This document shows positions 47,920 through 58,530 of a DNA stretch of 64,000 nt, in pieces. Location: NCBI GenBank assembly GCA_963666975.2, contig CAXVYR010000004.1, positions 1,888,001 to 1,952,000 on the forward strand, in the 5' to 3' direction. The position numbers and the translations under genes are program-made. Source of the DNA: Terriglobia bacterium. GTDB lineage: Bacteria > Acidobacteriota > Terriglobia > 2-12-FULL-54-10. Each line of letters begins with the position of its first letter. The first letter of the stretch is position 1. The notes below the pieces were generated by a model that did not search any database, was not told the origin of the DNA, and worked only from the letters and a program-made list of their open reading frames with translations.

Positions 47920-47972
47920 TTGACAAGGATGCGGGGAATGTGTAATTATTCATTGTTGTGAATAATTATACA
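47920..47972 (+). promoter_or_regulatory. arg promoter with tandem ARG boxes
   Basis: TTGACA at 47920; TGTGTAATTATTCA (47939-47952) and TGAATAATTATACA (47959-47972), 20 bp apart. Confidence 0.8.
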
Positions 47973-48017
47973 TATCCGAAATCGCCCCTCTCTTCCGGGA
48001 CCGCCGGGGCTCAGGCG

Positions 48018-48986
48018 ATGCCCGCCCGGCTGCCCTTTGCCGCCTCGGACCTGGTCTTCGACAACGACCTGGGCATCGCCGATGTGCAAGCGGTGCTGGC
48101 CGTGGCCGGCCAGATGCAGCAGCAACCGGAGCGCTACCGCCAGGTCTTGGCCGGGAAAATGCTAGCGCTGCTGTTCGAGAAGCCCAGCCTGCGGACACGC
48201 GTCACTTTTGAAGTGGCCATGAAGAGCATGGGAGGCGATGCGGTCTTTATCGACTGCCAAAACGAGCCCCTGGGACAACGCGAATCGATTCCCGACGTAG
48301 CCCGGAATCTGGACCGCTGGGTGGATGCCATCGCCGCACGCACCTTTCGGCAAGCAACCGTGAATGAGCTGGCCGAATGGGCTTCCGTTCCGGTCATCAA
48401 TGCGCTCTCGGACCAAGCGCATCCCTGCCAGGCGCTGGCCGACATGCTGACGCTGAAAAATATCTTCGGGCAGCTGGAGGGCTTGCAGCTCGCATACGTA
48501 GGCGACGGCAACAACGTAGCCCACTCCCTGCTCCTGACAGGAACCAAGCTGGGCCTGGATGTCGCGGTCGCCACGCCTGCTTCCTGCGAGCCGGACCCGG
48601 ACATCGTCGCCATGGCGCGGGAGACCGCCGCTGAGACGGGAGCGGTCGTTCACATCTTAAATGATCCGGCAGAGGCTGCCGCCGGGGCCCACGCTATTTA
48701 CACGGATGTGTGGACCAGCATGGGATCAGAGCACGAAGCCGCAAGCCGCCGGGAGCGCTTTCGCCCCTATCAAGTGACCGAACAACTATTCCAAGCCGCC
48801 CGTCCCCAGGCCGTCTTCATGCACTGTCTCCCGGCACATCGGGGAGAGGAAGTGGAGGCAGCGGTGATGGAGTCGCCCCGCTCGGTGGTTTTCGACCAAG
48901 CTGAAAACCGCCTGCACGCTCAGAAGGCGCTCCTGTGGCTTCTGCTGGCCAATTCCTCTGGCCGCCAATCCGAGCCGCGACAGTAA
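48018..48986 (+). CDS. argF: Ornithine carbamoyltransferase
   Basis: FEKPSLRTR, HPCQALAD, GDGNNVA, TDVWTSMG, HCLPAHRG; ATG 48018 preferred over the GTG inside the operator. Confidence 0.96.
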   Translation: MPARLPFAASDLVFDNDLGIADVQAVLAVAGQMQQQPERYRQVLAGKMLALLFEKPSLRTRVTFEVAMKSMGGDAVFIDCQNEPLGQRESIPDVARNLDRWVDAIAARTFRQATVNELAEWASVPVINALSDQAHPCQALADMLTLKNIFGQLEGLQLAYVGDGNNVAHSLLLTGTKLGLDVAVATPASCEPDPDIVAMARETAAETGAVVHILNDPAEAAAGAHAIYTDVWTSMGSEHEAASRRERFRPYQVTEQLFQAARPQAVFMHCLPAHRGEEVEAAVMESPRSVVFDQAENRLHAQKALLWLLLANSSGRQSEPRQ

Positions 48987-48994
48987 TGGAGCGG
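48967..48994 (+). repeat. REP-A copy overlapping the argF stop
   Basis: AATCCGAGCCGCGACAGTAATGGAGCGG. Confidence 0.9.
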
Positions 48995-49077
48995 TCACCT
49001 TGCTGTTGCTGGTACAAGACAGGGGCAAAGGCACGAATGATTAGAGGGCTGCTTGACCGGTCAGGGTACTTCGGATT

Positions 49078-49719
49078 GTGGCGACACTGAAAGATCGAAT
49101 CGTCGGTCTATTGCGCGAGACGCCCGGTCTCACCGACCGTGAGATCACTGACCGCCTAATGGGTCCAAACGTAGGGCAACAGGCTGTTAATCAAGCCGCA
49201 CGGGCGCTAGCTGCTTCTGGGAAACTTATTCGCCGCGAGCGGAACAACGGTAAGTTGGGGAATTATATGAGTGAGCCTTCCGGGGAGGAGAGCAATCCCA
49301 CAATTATCGACACGGCACAAGGCGAACCAGTCGCGCTATCCGAGGATGACATCAAGCTGAAGCTACAGAAATGGCTCCAAAGCAAGGGCTGGAAGGTGGA
49401 CGTCCAATGGGGTCGGAATCGCGGTATCGACGGTGAAGCCACGCGGGACGAAGTTCGATGGGTCATCGAGGCGAAAGGTTGCGGCTCACGGACTCAGATG
49501 CAACGAAATTACTTCCTTGAGGTTCTCGGCGCGTTACTCGGGCGAATGGATGATCCCTACGCGCGCTACAGCATCGCCTTGCCGGACTTGAAACGGTTCC
49601 GCAACCTATGGCAAAGCCTGCCGGAATTGGCCAAGTTGCGCACCGGAATCTCAGCGCTGTTTGTCGATCCATTTGGCTCAGTGGAAGAAGTGAAAAGCGG
49701 TAATGGGCCAGCGGTCTAG
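49078..49719 (+). CDS. Winged-helix + PD-(D/E)XK nuclease-like protein
   Basis: N-terminal PGLTDREITDRL..VNQAARAL; C-terminal LSEDDIK..KGWKV..RGID..WVIEAKG; lower GC. Confidence 0.72.
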   Translation: MATLKDRIVGLLRETPGLTDREITDRLMGPNVGQQAVNQAARALAASGKLIRRERNNGKLGNYMSEPSGEESNPTIIDTAQGEPVALSEDDIKLKLQKWLQSKGWKVDVQWGRNRGIDGEATRDEVRWVIEAKGCGSRTQMQRNYFLEVLGALLGRMDDPYARYSIALPDLKRFRNLWQSLPELAKLRTGISALFVDPFGSVEEVKSGNGPAV

Positions 49720-49816
49720 GGCTTTGCACCCGACGGCCTCCGACGCAATCACGAGCGGACGCCGGTGAACGTCGCCATTGGGCACGGATGCCCTATGTCG
49801 TTCTTCGCGGAGGGGA

Positions 49817-49939
49817 ATGAAGTTTGAGCTGGTTGGTTCAATAGCAGACATCGAAGTCATCGCCGCCGTCGAATCGCCATATCGGGAAGCAGCACAACGC
49901 CTTCGCGGTGGAGCTATAATCATTAGTCATGAGCCGTGA
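49817..49939 (+). pseudogene. N-terminal remnant of a small conserved hypothetical gene (40 aa)
   Basis: GGAGGGG RBS plus MKFELVGSIADIEVIAA..; family recalled from memory only. Confidence 0.4.
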
Positions 49940-50123
49940 TCTGAAGGAACTGTTTCGGGAGGCGGGCAAGTTGCCGGAGCGGGATCGAGCGGCGCTGGCT
50001 GGCTTGCTCATCGAGTCCCTCGAACCGGCCCCGGAGCCGGACGTGGAAGCGGCCTGGTCCCAGGAGATCGCGCGGCGCGTGGCGGAACTTCACCGTTGCC
50101 GTAGAGCACATTCGCCGAGGTAG
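49929..50123 (+). CDS. Addiction-module antitoxin component (TIGR02574-like), C-terminus probably truncated
   Basis: LPERDRAALAGLLIESL..VEAAWSQEIARRVAEL; no RelE/ParE toxin downstream. Confidence 0.75.
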   Translation: MSRDLKELFREAGKLPERDRAALAGLLIESLEPAPEPDVEAAWSQEIARRVAELHRCRRAHSPR

Positions 50124-50299
50124 CCACGGCACGCTTTCTGTGCCGTGGGCCTTTCCGAAACGAACCCACGGCATAAAGAACATGCCGTGGCTACCTCGGA
50201 CGCCGATATACGAAACATGAAAATAGTGTAGCGCCACCGTTTCGGCGGCTCGGTGGGCCGGTCGGAGGCCGACACTACAACGGAGATACAATCAAGCTC

Positions 50300-51613
50300 A
50301 TGGCCCAAGAGAAAATTCCCTCAGCAAATTCGAAACCGAAAAAAGTTGTGCTGGCGTATTCCGGGGGCCTGGATACCTCCATCATTATTCCCTGGCTGCG
50401 GGAGAACTATGGCTGCGAGGTGATCGCCATGGTGGGCGACATCGGCCAGGGCGACGATATGACCGAGGTCGCTCACAAGGCCGAAGCCAGCGGCGCCTCC
50501 AAGGTTTTGGTCGAGGATTTGCGCGAGCAGTTCGTCACGGAATTTCTATGGAAGCTGGTGCGCTCCGGCGCGGTCTACGAGCATAAGTACCTGCTGGGGA
50601 CCTCCATTGCCCGCCCGCTGCTGGCGCGCCGCCAAGCGGAGATTGCCCTGCAAGAAGGCGCCGACGCCCTGGCCCACGGTTGTACCGGCAAAGGGAACGA
50701 CCAGGTTCGCTTTGAGCTCACCTACAAGGCGTTTGCGCCTCAGCTTCCGGTGATTGCTCCGTGGCGGGAGTGGACCATCCGCACACGGGAGGAGGCCTTG
50801 GACTACGCCCGCGAGCATCAGATTCCAGTCGAGGCCAGCCTGGGGAAGCTTTACAGCCGCGACCGCAACCTTTGGCATTTGAGCCATGAGGGCGGCGTTT
50901 TGGAAGACCCTGCCACGCCCGTCCCCGAGGATGTCTGGCAACTGACACGCAGCCCGCAGCAGGCCCCGGAAGCGGCAGACGAGGTTCAGATCGGCTTTGA
51001 AAAAGGCGTGCCGGTGGTGGTCAACGGTTCCCGCCTGTCTCCGGTTGAGATCGTCGAGACGCTGAACCGCATCGGCGGCGAGCATGGCATCGGCCGGATC
51101 GATCTGGTGGAAAATCGCTTCGTGGGCATGAAATCGCGGGGCGCGTATGAGACACCGGGCGGAACGCTGATCGTGCTGGCCCACCGGGAGCTGGAAGCAC
51201 TGTGCCTGGACAGCGAGACGACCCACTACAAACAGCACGTGGCGCTCGACTATGCGGAGCTTGTCTACAACGGATTCTGGTACACGCCGCTGCGGGAGGC
51301 GCTGGACGCATTCTTCGGCCAGACGCAAACGGCCGTCACCGGGGAGGTGCGCCTGAAACTCTACCGCGGAAACGTGGAGGTGGTGGGCCGCAGCTCTCCC
51401 TGCTCGCTCTACGCGGAGGAGATCGCCAGCTTCACCATGGGCGATTCCTACAACCAGAAGGACGCCGAAGGCTTCATCAACTTGGTGGGCCTTCCCTTCC
51501 GGGTGCGTGCCTCGGTTTCATCGCGTTTTTCGGCGGCGGCGCCGGAAGCTTCGGCGGTTCCCGGAAGCGCGCGGAACATTTCAACTCGCAAGCCAACTCG
51601 CAAGGAGCGCTAA
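50300..51613 (+). CDS. argG: Argininosuccinate synthase
   Basis: [42 protein letters not shown]. Confidence 0.97.
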   Translation: MAQEKIPSANSKPKKVVLAYSGGLDTSIIIPWLRENYGCEVIAMVGDIGQGDDMTEVAHKAEASGASKVLVEDLREQFVTEFLWKLVRSGAVYEHKYLLGTSIARPLLARRQAEIALQEGADALAHGCTGKGNDQVRFELTYKAFAPQLPVIAPWREWTIRTREEALDYAREHQIPVEASLGKLYSRDRNLWHLSHEGGVLEDPATPVPEDVWQLTRSPQQAPEAADEVQIGFEKGVPVVVNGSRLSPVEIVETLNRIGGEHGIGRIDLVENRFVGMKSRGAYETPGGTLIVLAHRELEALCLDSETTHYKQHVALDYAELVYNGFWYTPLREALDAFFGQTQTAVTGEVRLKLYRGNVEVVGRSSPCSLYAEEIASFTMGDSYNQKDAEGFINLVGLPFRVRASVSSRFSAAAPEASAVPGSARNISTRKPTRKER

Positions 51614-51684
51614 TATTGCCGGCGGCAGTTCATTCGACGAGTTCCTGCGAAACCTTTTCTTCCGTTCTTCCGTAAACAGCAGCA

Positions 51685-53091
51685 ATGAAGAAACCTCCAA
51701 AACAACCGTACCGGCTGTGGGGCGGACGATTTGAGAAAGGTGCCGGAGAGCAGATGGAAACCTTCTCCCGCTCGCTGCAGTTTGATTACCGCCTCGCCCA
51801 TGCGGACATTCGGGGAACCAAAGCCTACGTCGGAGAACTCCAGCGCCTTGGGATTTTTTCGCGGCCCGAGGCGGAGAAGATATCGAAAAGCCTGGACGCG
51901 ATTGCCACCGAAGCCGCAGCCGCCGGGAAGAAATATTTCGAAGGAGCCGCCGAAGAAGACATCCACACCTTCCTGCTCGGTAAACTGCGGGAGAGGACGG
52001 GCGAGCTGGCCGACAAGGTGCATACCGGCCGCAGCCGCAACGAACAGGTGGCGCTCGATTTTCGTCTATGGCTCAAGGACGCTATCGGAGCTTCGCAATT
52101 GGCGCTGAAAACCCTGCTGGGGGCGCTGCTGGAGATGGCGGAGAAGCACTCGTCGGTAATCCTGCCGGGCTACACCCACATGCGGCGCGCCCAGCCGCTG
52201 CTCTGGCCGCACTACCTGCTGGCTTATTTCGAGATGTTCTCCCGCGACTATCAGCGCATGGGAAGGTGCTTTGAAAGCGCCGACGTGATGCCGCTCGGAA
52301 GCGGCGCGCTGGCCGGCGGCGGCCTGCCGATGGACCGCCAGAAGCTCGCGAAGGAACTGGGCTTCGCGCGGGTTTCCCGCAACAGTCTCGATGCGGTCAG
52401 CGACCGCGACTTCGCCTTGGAATTTCTCTTTGCCGCCAGCCTCTGCTTCCTCCACCTGAGCCGTCTGGCCGAGGACTGGATTCTGTACTCCTCCGAAGAG
52501 TTCGGTTTTCTGGAGATGGGCGACGAGGTCTCAACCGGCAGCAGTTTGATGCCTCAGAAGAAAAATCCCGATTCGCTGGAATTGATCCGGGGTAAGACAG
52601 GACGTGTGTTGGGACACTTAGTGGCTCTGGCAACTACGTTAAAGGCCCAGCCGCTGGCCTACAACCGTGACCTGCAAGAAGACAAAGAGCCCGTTTTCGA
52701 TGCTGCCGAACAGTTGGAACCGGCCTTGCGGCTGGCCGCACAAGTGGTGGAGACAACCACGCTCCGCCCGGAAACAATGAGAAAAGCGTCGGCGGAGGGC
52801 TGGCTCTGCGCAACTGATTTGGCGGAGTTTCTCTCCACGAAGGGCGTGGCTTTCCACAAGGCCCATGAAATTGTGGGAAAGCTGGTGCTCGACAGCGTCC
52901 GTGCCGGGAAACAGTCCGAGAGTTGCTCGCTCGAACAGTTGCAACGCTACTCACCGGCCTTTGACGAGCGGGCGCTGCCGCTGCTCGCTCCCGAGGCGGG
53001 CATTGCCAGACGAACCGTGCCCGGCGGCACCGCTTCCGCCAGTGTCAGCCAAGCGTTGAAAGAAGCCCGCGCCTGGCTGAAGGCTAAATAA
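51685..53091 (+). CDS. argH: Argininosuccinate lyase
   Basis: LWGGRF, HTGRSRNEQ, GYTHMRRAQP, GSSLMPQKKNPD, YNRDLQEDK. Confidence 0.97.
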   Translation: MKKPPKQPYRLWGGRFEKGAGEQMETFSRSLQFDYRLAHADIRGTKAYVGELQRLGIFSRPEAEKISKSLDAIATEAAAAGKKYFEGAAEEDIHTFLLGKLRERTGELADKVHTGRSRNEQVALDFRLWLKDAIGASQLALKTLLGALLEMAEKHSSVILPGYTHMRRAQPLLWPHYLLAYFEMFSRDYQRMGRCFESADVMPLGSGALAGGGLPMDRQKLAKELGFARVSRNSLDAVSDRDFALEFLFAASLCFLHLSRLAEDWILYSSEEFGFLEMGDEVSTGSSLMPQKKNPDSLELIRGKTGRVLGHLVALATTLKAQPLAYNRDLQEDKEPVFDAAEQLEPALRLAAQVVETTTLRPETMRKASAEGWLCATDLAEFLSTKGVAFHKAHEIVGKLVLDSVRAGKQSESCSLEQLQRYSPAFDERALPLLAPEAGIARRTVPGGTASASVSQALKEARAWLKAK

Positions 53092-53199
53092 AAACATCCT
53101 CAACCATCCTGCAACCCCAAGCCAAATCAACTCAAAAAGCTGCAAACCTTAAATAGTTCCGCAAGCAGAGGTGGCGCATCGAGCCGTGCGCTATCCGAT

Positions 53200-54318
53200 T
53201 CATGGCTGGAGACTATATCGTGTCCCGGCCTTCTCGCGGTGGCGTTCCAGGGCCAGCTCGATGAGGCGGTCGATGAGACGAGGGTAGGTGAGGCCGCTGG
53301 CCTCCCACATCCGGGGATACATGCTGATGGAGGTGAAGCCCGGAATGGTGTTGATCTCGTTCAGGTAGATTTTTCCGCTGCCTTTCGCCAGAAAGAAATC
53401 CACGCGCGCCATGCCGGAGCACTCCGCTGTCTGGAATGCTTCTACGGCCAGCCGCCTGACCTGCTTCGTTTGTGCCGGGCGCAGCGGCGCTAGCACGATC
53501 AGCCGCGCGGTGTCTTCCAGGTACTTGGCCTCGTAATCGTAGAACTCGCCCGCAGGAACAATCTCACCGGGAACCGACGCAATGGGGTTGTCATTGCCGA
53601 GCACCGCACATTCGATTTCCCGCCCCTGGATGGCCCGCTCCACCAGCACCTTGCGGTCATAGGCGGCTGCGGTTTCTAGTGCCTTAACCAGCTCTTTTCG
53701 GTTGCGGGCTTTGCTGACGCCCACCGAAGAGCCGAGATTAGCCGGCTTGACAAATACCGGGTATCGAAACTTCTTCTCGATAGCCTGGAGGCTCCGGCGG
53801 GGAGAAGCTTCAAAATCGGGGCGTCGAACTACAAGGTAAGGCACGATGGGCAATCCGCGCTCGCGGAACAGCCGCTTCATGACATCCTTGTCCATACCCA
53901 CAGCAGAACCCAGCACGCCCGCGCCCACGTAGGGAATGCCGGCCAGTTCCAGCAGCCCCTGAATGGTGCCGTCCTCGCCGAAGGTGCCGTGCAGGACCGG
54001 AAAGATCACGTCCAGTCGGCCCAGGCTTCCCTTCGCGCCGGAACCGGGAATCGGGATGAGTTGCGCGCCTCCCTGCGGGTTCGCCGCCGGAAGAACCTCC
54101 CGGCCCCTGTTAAGGATTGCTGGGAGCGCAGCGCCCTTGCTGAAAGCGCCGGTCGGGGGGCCCGCTCGCCAGCGGCCTTGCTTGGTGATTCCGATGGGTA
54201 TGATCTCGTATTTGTCGCGGTCTGCGGCGCTGATGATATTCCGCGCCGATTGGAGCGAGACTTCATGCTCGGCCGAGCGGCCTCCGAAAAGAATTCCGAC
54301 TCTGAGTTTCCTGGCCAT
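53200..54318 (-). CDS. ddl: D-alanine--D-alanine ligase
   Basis: [36 protein letters not shown]. Confidence 0.96.
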   Translation of the reverse strand: MARKLRVGILFGGRSAEHEVSLQSARNIISAADRDKYEIIPIGITKQGRWRAGPPTGAFSKGAALPAILNRGREVLPAANPQGGAQLIPIPGSGAKGSLGRLDVIFPVLHGTFGEDGTIQGLLELAGIPYVGAGVLGSAVGMDKDVMKRLFRERGLPIVPYLVVRRPDFEASPRRSLQAIEKKFRYPVFVKPANLGSSVGVSKARNRKELVKALETAAAYDRKVLVERAIQGREIECAVLGNDNPIASVPGEIVPAGEFYDYEAKYLEDTARLIVLAPLRPAQTKQVRRLAVEAFQTAECSGMARVDFFLAKGSGKIYLNEINTIPGFTSISMYPRMWEASGLTYPRLIDRLIELALERHREKAGTRYSLQP

Positions 54319-54323
54319 ATCCT

Positions 54324-54386
54324 AATCCGAGCCGCGACCGTGAGGGAGCGGACACATTAACCGCTTGCTCACGCGCGCGGCTCCGA
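54324..54386. repeat. Inverted REP-A pair (REPIN-like)
   Basis: AATCCGAGCCGCGACCGTGAGGGAGCGG, 9-nt spacer, CCGCTTGCTCACGCGCGCGGCTCCGA. Confidence 0.88.
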
Positions 54387-54412
54387 ACCACAAATGCACT
54401 CATTCCACAGAA

Positions 54413-54889
54413 TCAACCGGCCTTCCACGAAATCAGCCGCCGAGGTGAGATTTTGATGACGGGCTTGTCTTCGAGTTGCATCTTGAGGTATGGCGCATAT
54501 TTGCGCCGCAACAAGCCGATGGCGGCCCGTTGCTCCTTGCCTACCGGGAGCAGTTCGGCGATGCCCTCGACCAAAATGTAGGAAAGCCTGCTCCAGTTCT
54601 CCTCGTAGTGATCCACCACCAGCGAGACCTGCGGATTGGCCTCGATATTCCTCAATCGCCGCAAACGAGCCGCGGGTACCCGCTTGGGCTTTTCATCGAC
54701 GACCGAATAAATGCTCCCCTGGCCGCAGGCAAAGCAGACGGGCACCACCAGCGGTTTGCCTGCCGCGTCGGCGGTCGCCAGATGCGCCACCCGGAAGCGA
54801 TTGACCCGGACCAAACCAATCTTTGTCACTGCCTGCGGCATTTTTCGTTTAACCGGAACTTTTCGGCGTTTGGATTTCAGGAAAGCCAT
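54413..54889 (-). CDS. PPOX-class putative F420-dependent oxidoreductase (TIGR03668-like)
   Basis: VAHLATAD, VDEKPK, LRRLRNIEANPQV, DHYEENWSRL; start uncertain. Confidence 0.85.
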   Translation of the reverse strand: MAFLKSKRRKVPVKRKMPQAVTKIGLVRVNRFRVAHLATADAAGKPLVVPVCFACGQGSIYSVVDEKPKRVPAARLRRLRNIEANPQVSLVVDHYEENWSRLSYILVEGIAELLPVGKEQRAAIGLLRRKYAPYLKMQLEDKPVIKISPRRLISWKAG

Positions 54890-54931
54890 TGTGCGTCTCA
54901 ACAACGGAAGGGAAAGCGGGCGGTCATCCCC

Positions 54932-55838
54932 CTACAGGATTTTCTTGCCCAGCGCCGAAAGCGCCAGTTCCACTCCCAGCGCCGCCGTCTTGTTAGCCAC
55001 GTCGATTACCGGATTGATCTCCACGATTTCAAGCGACAGCATCCGCCCGGCATCGGCCACCATCTCCATCACCAAATGCGCCTCCCGGTAAGTGGATCCT
55101 CCCCGCACGGGGGTCCCCACACCAGGAGCCTCGGAAGGGTCCAGAAAATCCATGTCCAGCGAAACCGCAAACCCGGCGGTATCACGGTCGGCAATCGCAA
55201 TGGCTTCCTCCATCACCCGCCGCACGCCGCGTTCGTCAATGTCGCGCATGGTGTAAACGGTCAGGCCGCATTCGCTCACCGCGCGCCTCTCGGCGGCGTC
55301 AATATTCCGCACTCCTACCAGAACCGCATTGCGGGGTGAGACCGCCGGGGCGGCGAAGACGTGAGTTAATTCCCGTGGCCCGAAGCCCAGGCAGCAGGCT
55401 AGCGGCATGCCGTGAATATTTCCGCTGGGCGATGTCTCCGGCGTGTTCATGTCCGAGTGCGCGTCCACCCAGATCAGGCCCGTTTGTTTTCCCTGCCGCC
55501 GATAGTACTCTGAGACGCCCGCCACTGTCCCGACGGCGATCGAGTGGTCGCCTCCCAGAACCAGAGGCAGGCAGCCTTCCTCCAGCGCTTCCAACACCCA
55601 GGCGGCGTGGCGGCGGCAGGTGTCGGCGATCTCGGCCAGGTATTTGGCTCGCCCGTCTCCGCAGGACTGCATCTCCCGAATGGGGACCGCCAAATTTCCG
55701 GCGTCTTCCACCTGATAGCCCAGCTCCTCAACGCGCGCATTCAGGGCCCGCCACGCGCAGGGCCGAAGGCCCCATGTCCACGCCCCGGCGCTGCTGGCCC
55801 AGGTCTAGCGGAACGCCGATGATGTGAATCTTGCGCAT
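54932..55838 (-). CDS. rocF: Arginase (frameshift near 55745)
   Basis: [28 protein letters not shown], then in another frame [31 protein letters not shown]. Confidence 0.92.
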
Positions 55839-55863
55839 GGTGAAAACAGAAGTCAGGAGTCAG

Positions 55864-56450
55864 AATCCGAGCCGCGACCGCGAGGGAGCGGGGGCTCCCT
55901 TATCACCCCTCGTACCACGCTGCCATCGGTTCGCCTTGCCCATGCACTACGTATTCCACCGCCGCTGCCACGTGCTTCGGCTGCCAAAGATACCGAGTGC
56001 TGCCATGGCGAGTCCAGCGCTTCCGCGACCCGTCCTGAGAATCAGGACCGCTCAGGGCGCGGCTGGCATAAGCCTTGAGTTCCAGCAAAATTCTCTCGGG
56101 AGCTTGCTCTGCCGCCACGACGATGTGGACGTGAGAGGATCGGACGTGCGCTGCGAACAGCCTCCAATTGCGATGCGCACAATGTTGCTGGAGCGCCCGC
56201 AACACGATTTTCCTCCGAGCACGATCCAGTGTATAAGGCCTTTGCTGCATTTTGCGCTGATCAGTTATAACCCATCCACGTTTCGGCGGGAGAAACGGAG
56301 TGCGGGGGACGCTGTTGCGCCGGTCAACAGAACCCTCTTCGTCACCGTGCAGCCTCGCGCCGTAACACGTAAACGTAATCAAATAGGCCAGCGGAGTTCC
56401 CGGGCACATAAAGTATCAGCCACCGCTCCCTTGCGGTCGCGGCTCGGATT
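55864..56450. mobile_element. RAYT locus: Y1 transposase flanked by inverted REP-A copies
   Basis: REP-A at 55864-55891 (+) and 56423-56450 (-) enclose the transposase gene. Confidence 0.85.
55903..56409 (-). CDS. REP-associated tyrosine (Y1/HUH) transposase
   Basis: YLITFTCYG, SHVHIVV (HUH), LKAYASR, WTRHGSTRYL, AAVEYV; no TnpB. Confidence 0.88.
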   Translation of the reverse strand: MCPGTPLAYLITFTCYGARLHGDEEGSVDRRNSVPRTPFLPPKRGWVITDQRKMQQRPYTLDRARRKIVLRALQQHCAHRNWRLFAAHVRSSHVHIVVAAEQAPERILLELKAYASRALSGPDSQDGSRKRWTRHGSTRYLWQPKHVAAAVEYVVHGQGEPMAAWYEG

Positions 56451-56595
56451 GGAAGGATCACTGGTAGCCACGATAAATTGGCGGTTTCAATTTGCCGTGG
56501 GGTTGTAAATTCGGAGAAAGGCCCACGGCGAGCGATTTCCCATTTCTAACTCTGTGTCTCTGTGACTCTATGGCTGACTCCTTTCGTCGCGCGGA

Positions 56596-57957
56596 TCAGG
56601 GCCGCATCCGGTGCAGCATGCGGGGAAAGGCGATGGTCTCCCGAACGTGCTCCAGGCCGCAGATCCATGCCACCACTCGCTCGATCCCCATTCCGAAACC
56701 GGCATGGGGGACCGAGCCGTACTTGCGGAGGTCCTCATACCAGTCGAAGGTCTCCTCCGGGAGGTTCTGCTCCTGAATCCGGCGGCGGAGCAGATTGCGG
56801 TCCGAGATGCGCTGGCCGCCGCCGATGATCTCGCCGTAACCTTCGGGGGCCAGCACGTCCACGCCCAGGGCCACTTCCGGTCGGCTGGCATCCGGCTCCA
56901 TATAGAACGCCTTGATGGCAGCCGGGAAGCGATGCACCATCACGGGCTTGGAAAACTCCTCGCTCAGCAACGTTTCGTCGGTTCCGCCAAAGTCTCCGCC
57001 CCACTGAAAGTCGCTCCCCTTGCGCTTTAATATTTCCACCGCTTCATCGTAGGAGATGCGCGGGAAGGGAGCCTCGACCTGCTCCAGGCGCGAAATGTCG
57101 CGTTCCAGCGTTTCCAGCTCCCGCCGCCGGTTGGCGAGTACGCGCTGAACGACAAAGGTGACGAACCGCTCGGCCAGCTCCATGGCGTCTTCCAGGGTAG
57201 CGAAGGCCATCTCCGGCTCCACCATCCAAAACTCCATCAGGTGGCGGCGGGTCTTGGACTTTTCCGCCCGGAAGGTGGGGCCGAAACAATAGACCTTCCC
57301 GAAAGCGGCTGCCGTAGCTTCGCTGTAAAGCTGCCCGGACTGGGTGAGGAAAGCCTTGTCGTCGAAATATTGCGTCTCAAAGAGCGTCGTGGTGCCTTCG
57401 CAAGCCGCCGGAGTCAGAATCGGGGTGTCAACCAGAATGAAGCCCTCTCCGTCCAGGTAATCCCGGCAGGCCTTGCTGATCTCATGGCGGATGCGCAGGA
57501 TGGCGTTCTGCCGCTGGGAGCGCAGCCAGAGGTGCCGGTGGTTCATCAGGAACTCGACGCCATGCTCCTTGGGCGTGATCGGGAACGGCTCCTCGACAGG
57601 GACCCCCTGCACGAGCTCCAGTTGTGTCACGTCCATCTCGTATCCGCCCACGGCGCGGCTGTCGGCGCGAACCGTGCCGCGGACAATCACCGAAGATTCC
57701 TGCGTCAACTCTCGGGTCAGCGCGAACACTTCCGGCGCGACCGCCTTTTTCGCCACAATGCCCTGCAACAATCCGGTCCCGTCCCGGAAAATCGGAAACA
57801 GAAGCTTGCCCGACTGGCGCAGGTTGTAGAGCCACCCTTGCACCGTCACCTCTTGGCCTGCAAAGCGGGAGATGTTCTCGATGGAGACCACCGGCGGCAG
57901 GTCTTTCCCTTCTTCCGGCCCTTCCGCCGGTATGGCCGCGCCGTTCTCCTCCGTCAT
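56596..57957 (-). CDS. asnS: Asparagine--tRNA ligase
   Basis: [52 protein letters not shown]. Confidence 0.96.
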   Translation of the reverse strand: MTEENGAAIPAEGPEEGKDLPPVVSIENISRFAGQEVTVQGWLYNLRQSGKLLFPIFRDGTGLLQGIVAKKAVAPEVFALTRELTQESSVIVRGTVRADSRAVGGYEMDVTQLELVQGVPVEEPFPITPKEHGVEFLMNHRHLWLRSQRQNAILRIRHEISKACRDYLDGEGFILVDTPILTPAACEGTTTLFETQYFDDKAFLTQSGQLYSEATAAAFGKVYCFGPTFRAEKSKTRRHLMEFWMVEPEMAFATLEDAMELAERFVTFVVQRVLANRRRELETLERDISRLEQVEAPFPRISYDEAVEILKRKGSDFQWGGDFGGTDETLLSEEFSKPVMVHRFPAAIKAFYMEPDASRPEVALGVDVLAPEGYGEIIGGGQRISDRNLLRRRIQEQNLPEETFDWYEDLRKYGSVPHAGFGMGIERVVAWICGLEHVRETIAFPRMLHRMRP

Positions 57958-58140
57958 GGTTTGACCTCCTCCAGCATTCGCTCCAATCTCCCGCAGATTT
58001 CAGCCTCTTTGCCCAGGCTGGCGGAAAGCTTTTCCGTGCTGTGAGCCGCGCTCCCGGCTTCCAGCAAAAGCGGCGGCGAGAGCCTTCCTTCAGAAAAGCT
58101 GTGTGGAGATGGCTCTTTGCATAAAGACTACGGGGCAAAT

Positions 58141-58530
58141 TCACAAAGGGTTTCCATCCGGCAACGCTTCCCGCACACGGTCCAGCACCACTTCCGCCAT
58201 GGCGGGCGAGCTTTCGAGCGACGCTCCCGCCAGAATCTCCACCTGGGGAAACAAAGCGCGTTGCCGGTCGATCAACCGCGGCAGGTCCTTACGGACGTGG
58301 ACGCCCATGACCAAAAAATACGGGATCACCACGATGCGGTCCGCTCCCGCAGCGACCGATTTCGCAATGGCGGCTCCCATGTCCGGTTGCGTCATCTCCA
58401 GAAAAGCGCAACTGGCCGGGCAGCCGGCGCGGCGGGAGACCTCTTCGGCCAGCCGGGCGACCCCTTGGTTGGCCTCCGGGACAGAGGAGCCGTGCGCAAA
58501 GACAATAATCGCCGTGCTAGCGCCTTTCAT
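58141..58530 (-). CDS. CbiX/SirB N-terminal-domain chelatase (CbiXS-like)
   Basis: FAHGS, AFLE, PYFLVMGVHVRKDLP. Confidence 0.85.
   Translation of the reverse strand: MKGASTAIIVFAHGSSVPEANQGVARLAEEVSRRAGCPASCAFLEMTQPDMGAAIAKSVAAGADRIVVIPYFLVMGVHVRKDLPRLIDRQRALFPQVEILAGASLESSPAMAEVVLDRVREALPDGNPL

Noticed and set aside
55844-55866. AGAAGTCAGGAGTCAGAA-type heptamer runs (also ~27258-27352)
   Set aside because: Too short and degenerate to support a functional call
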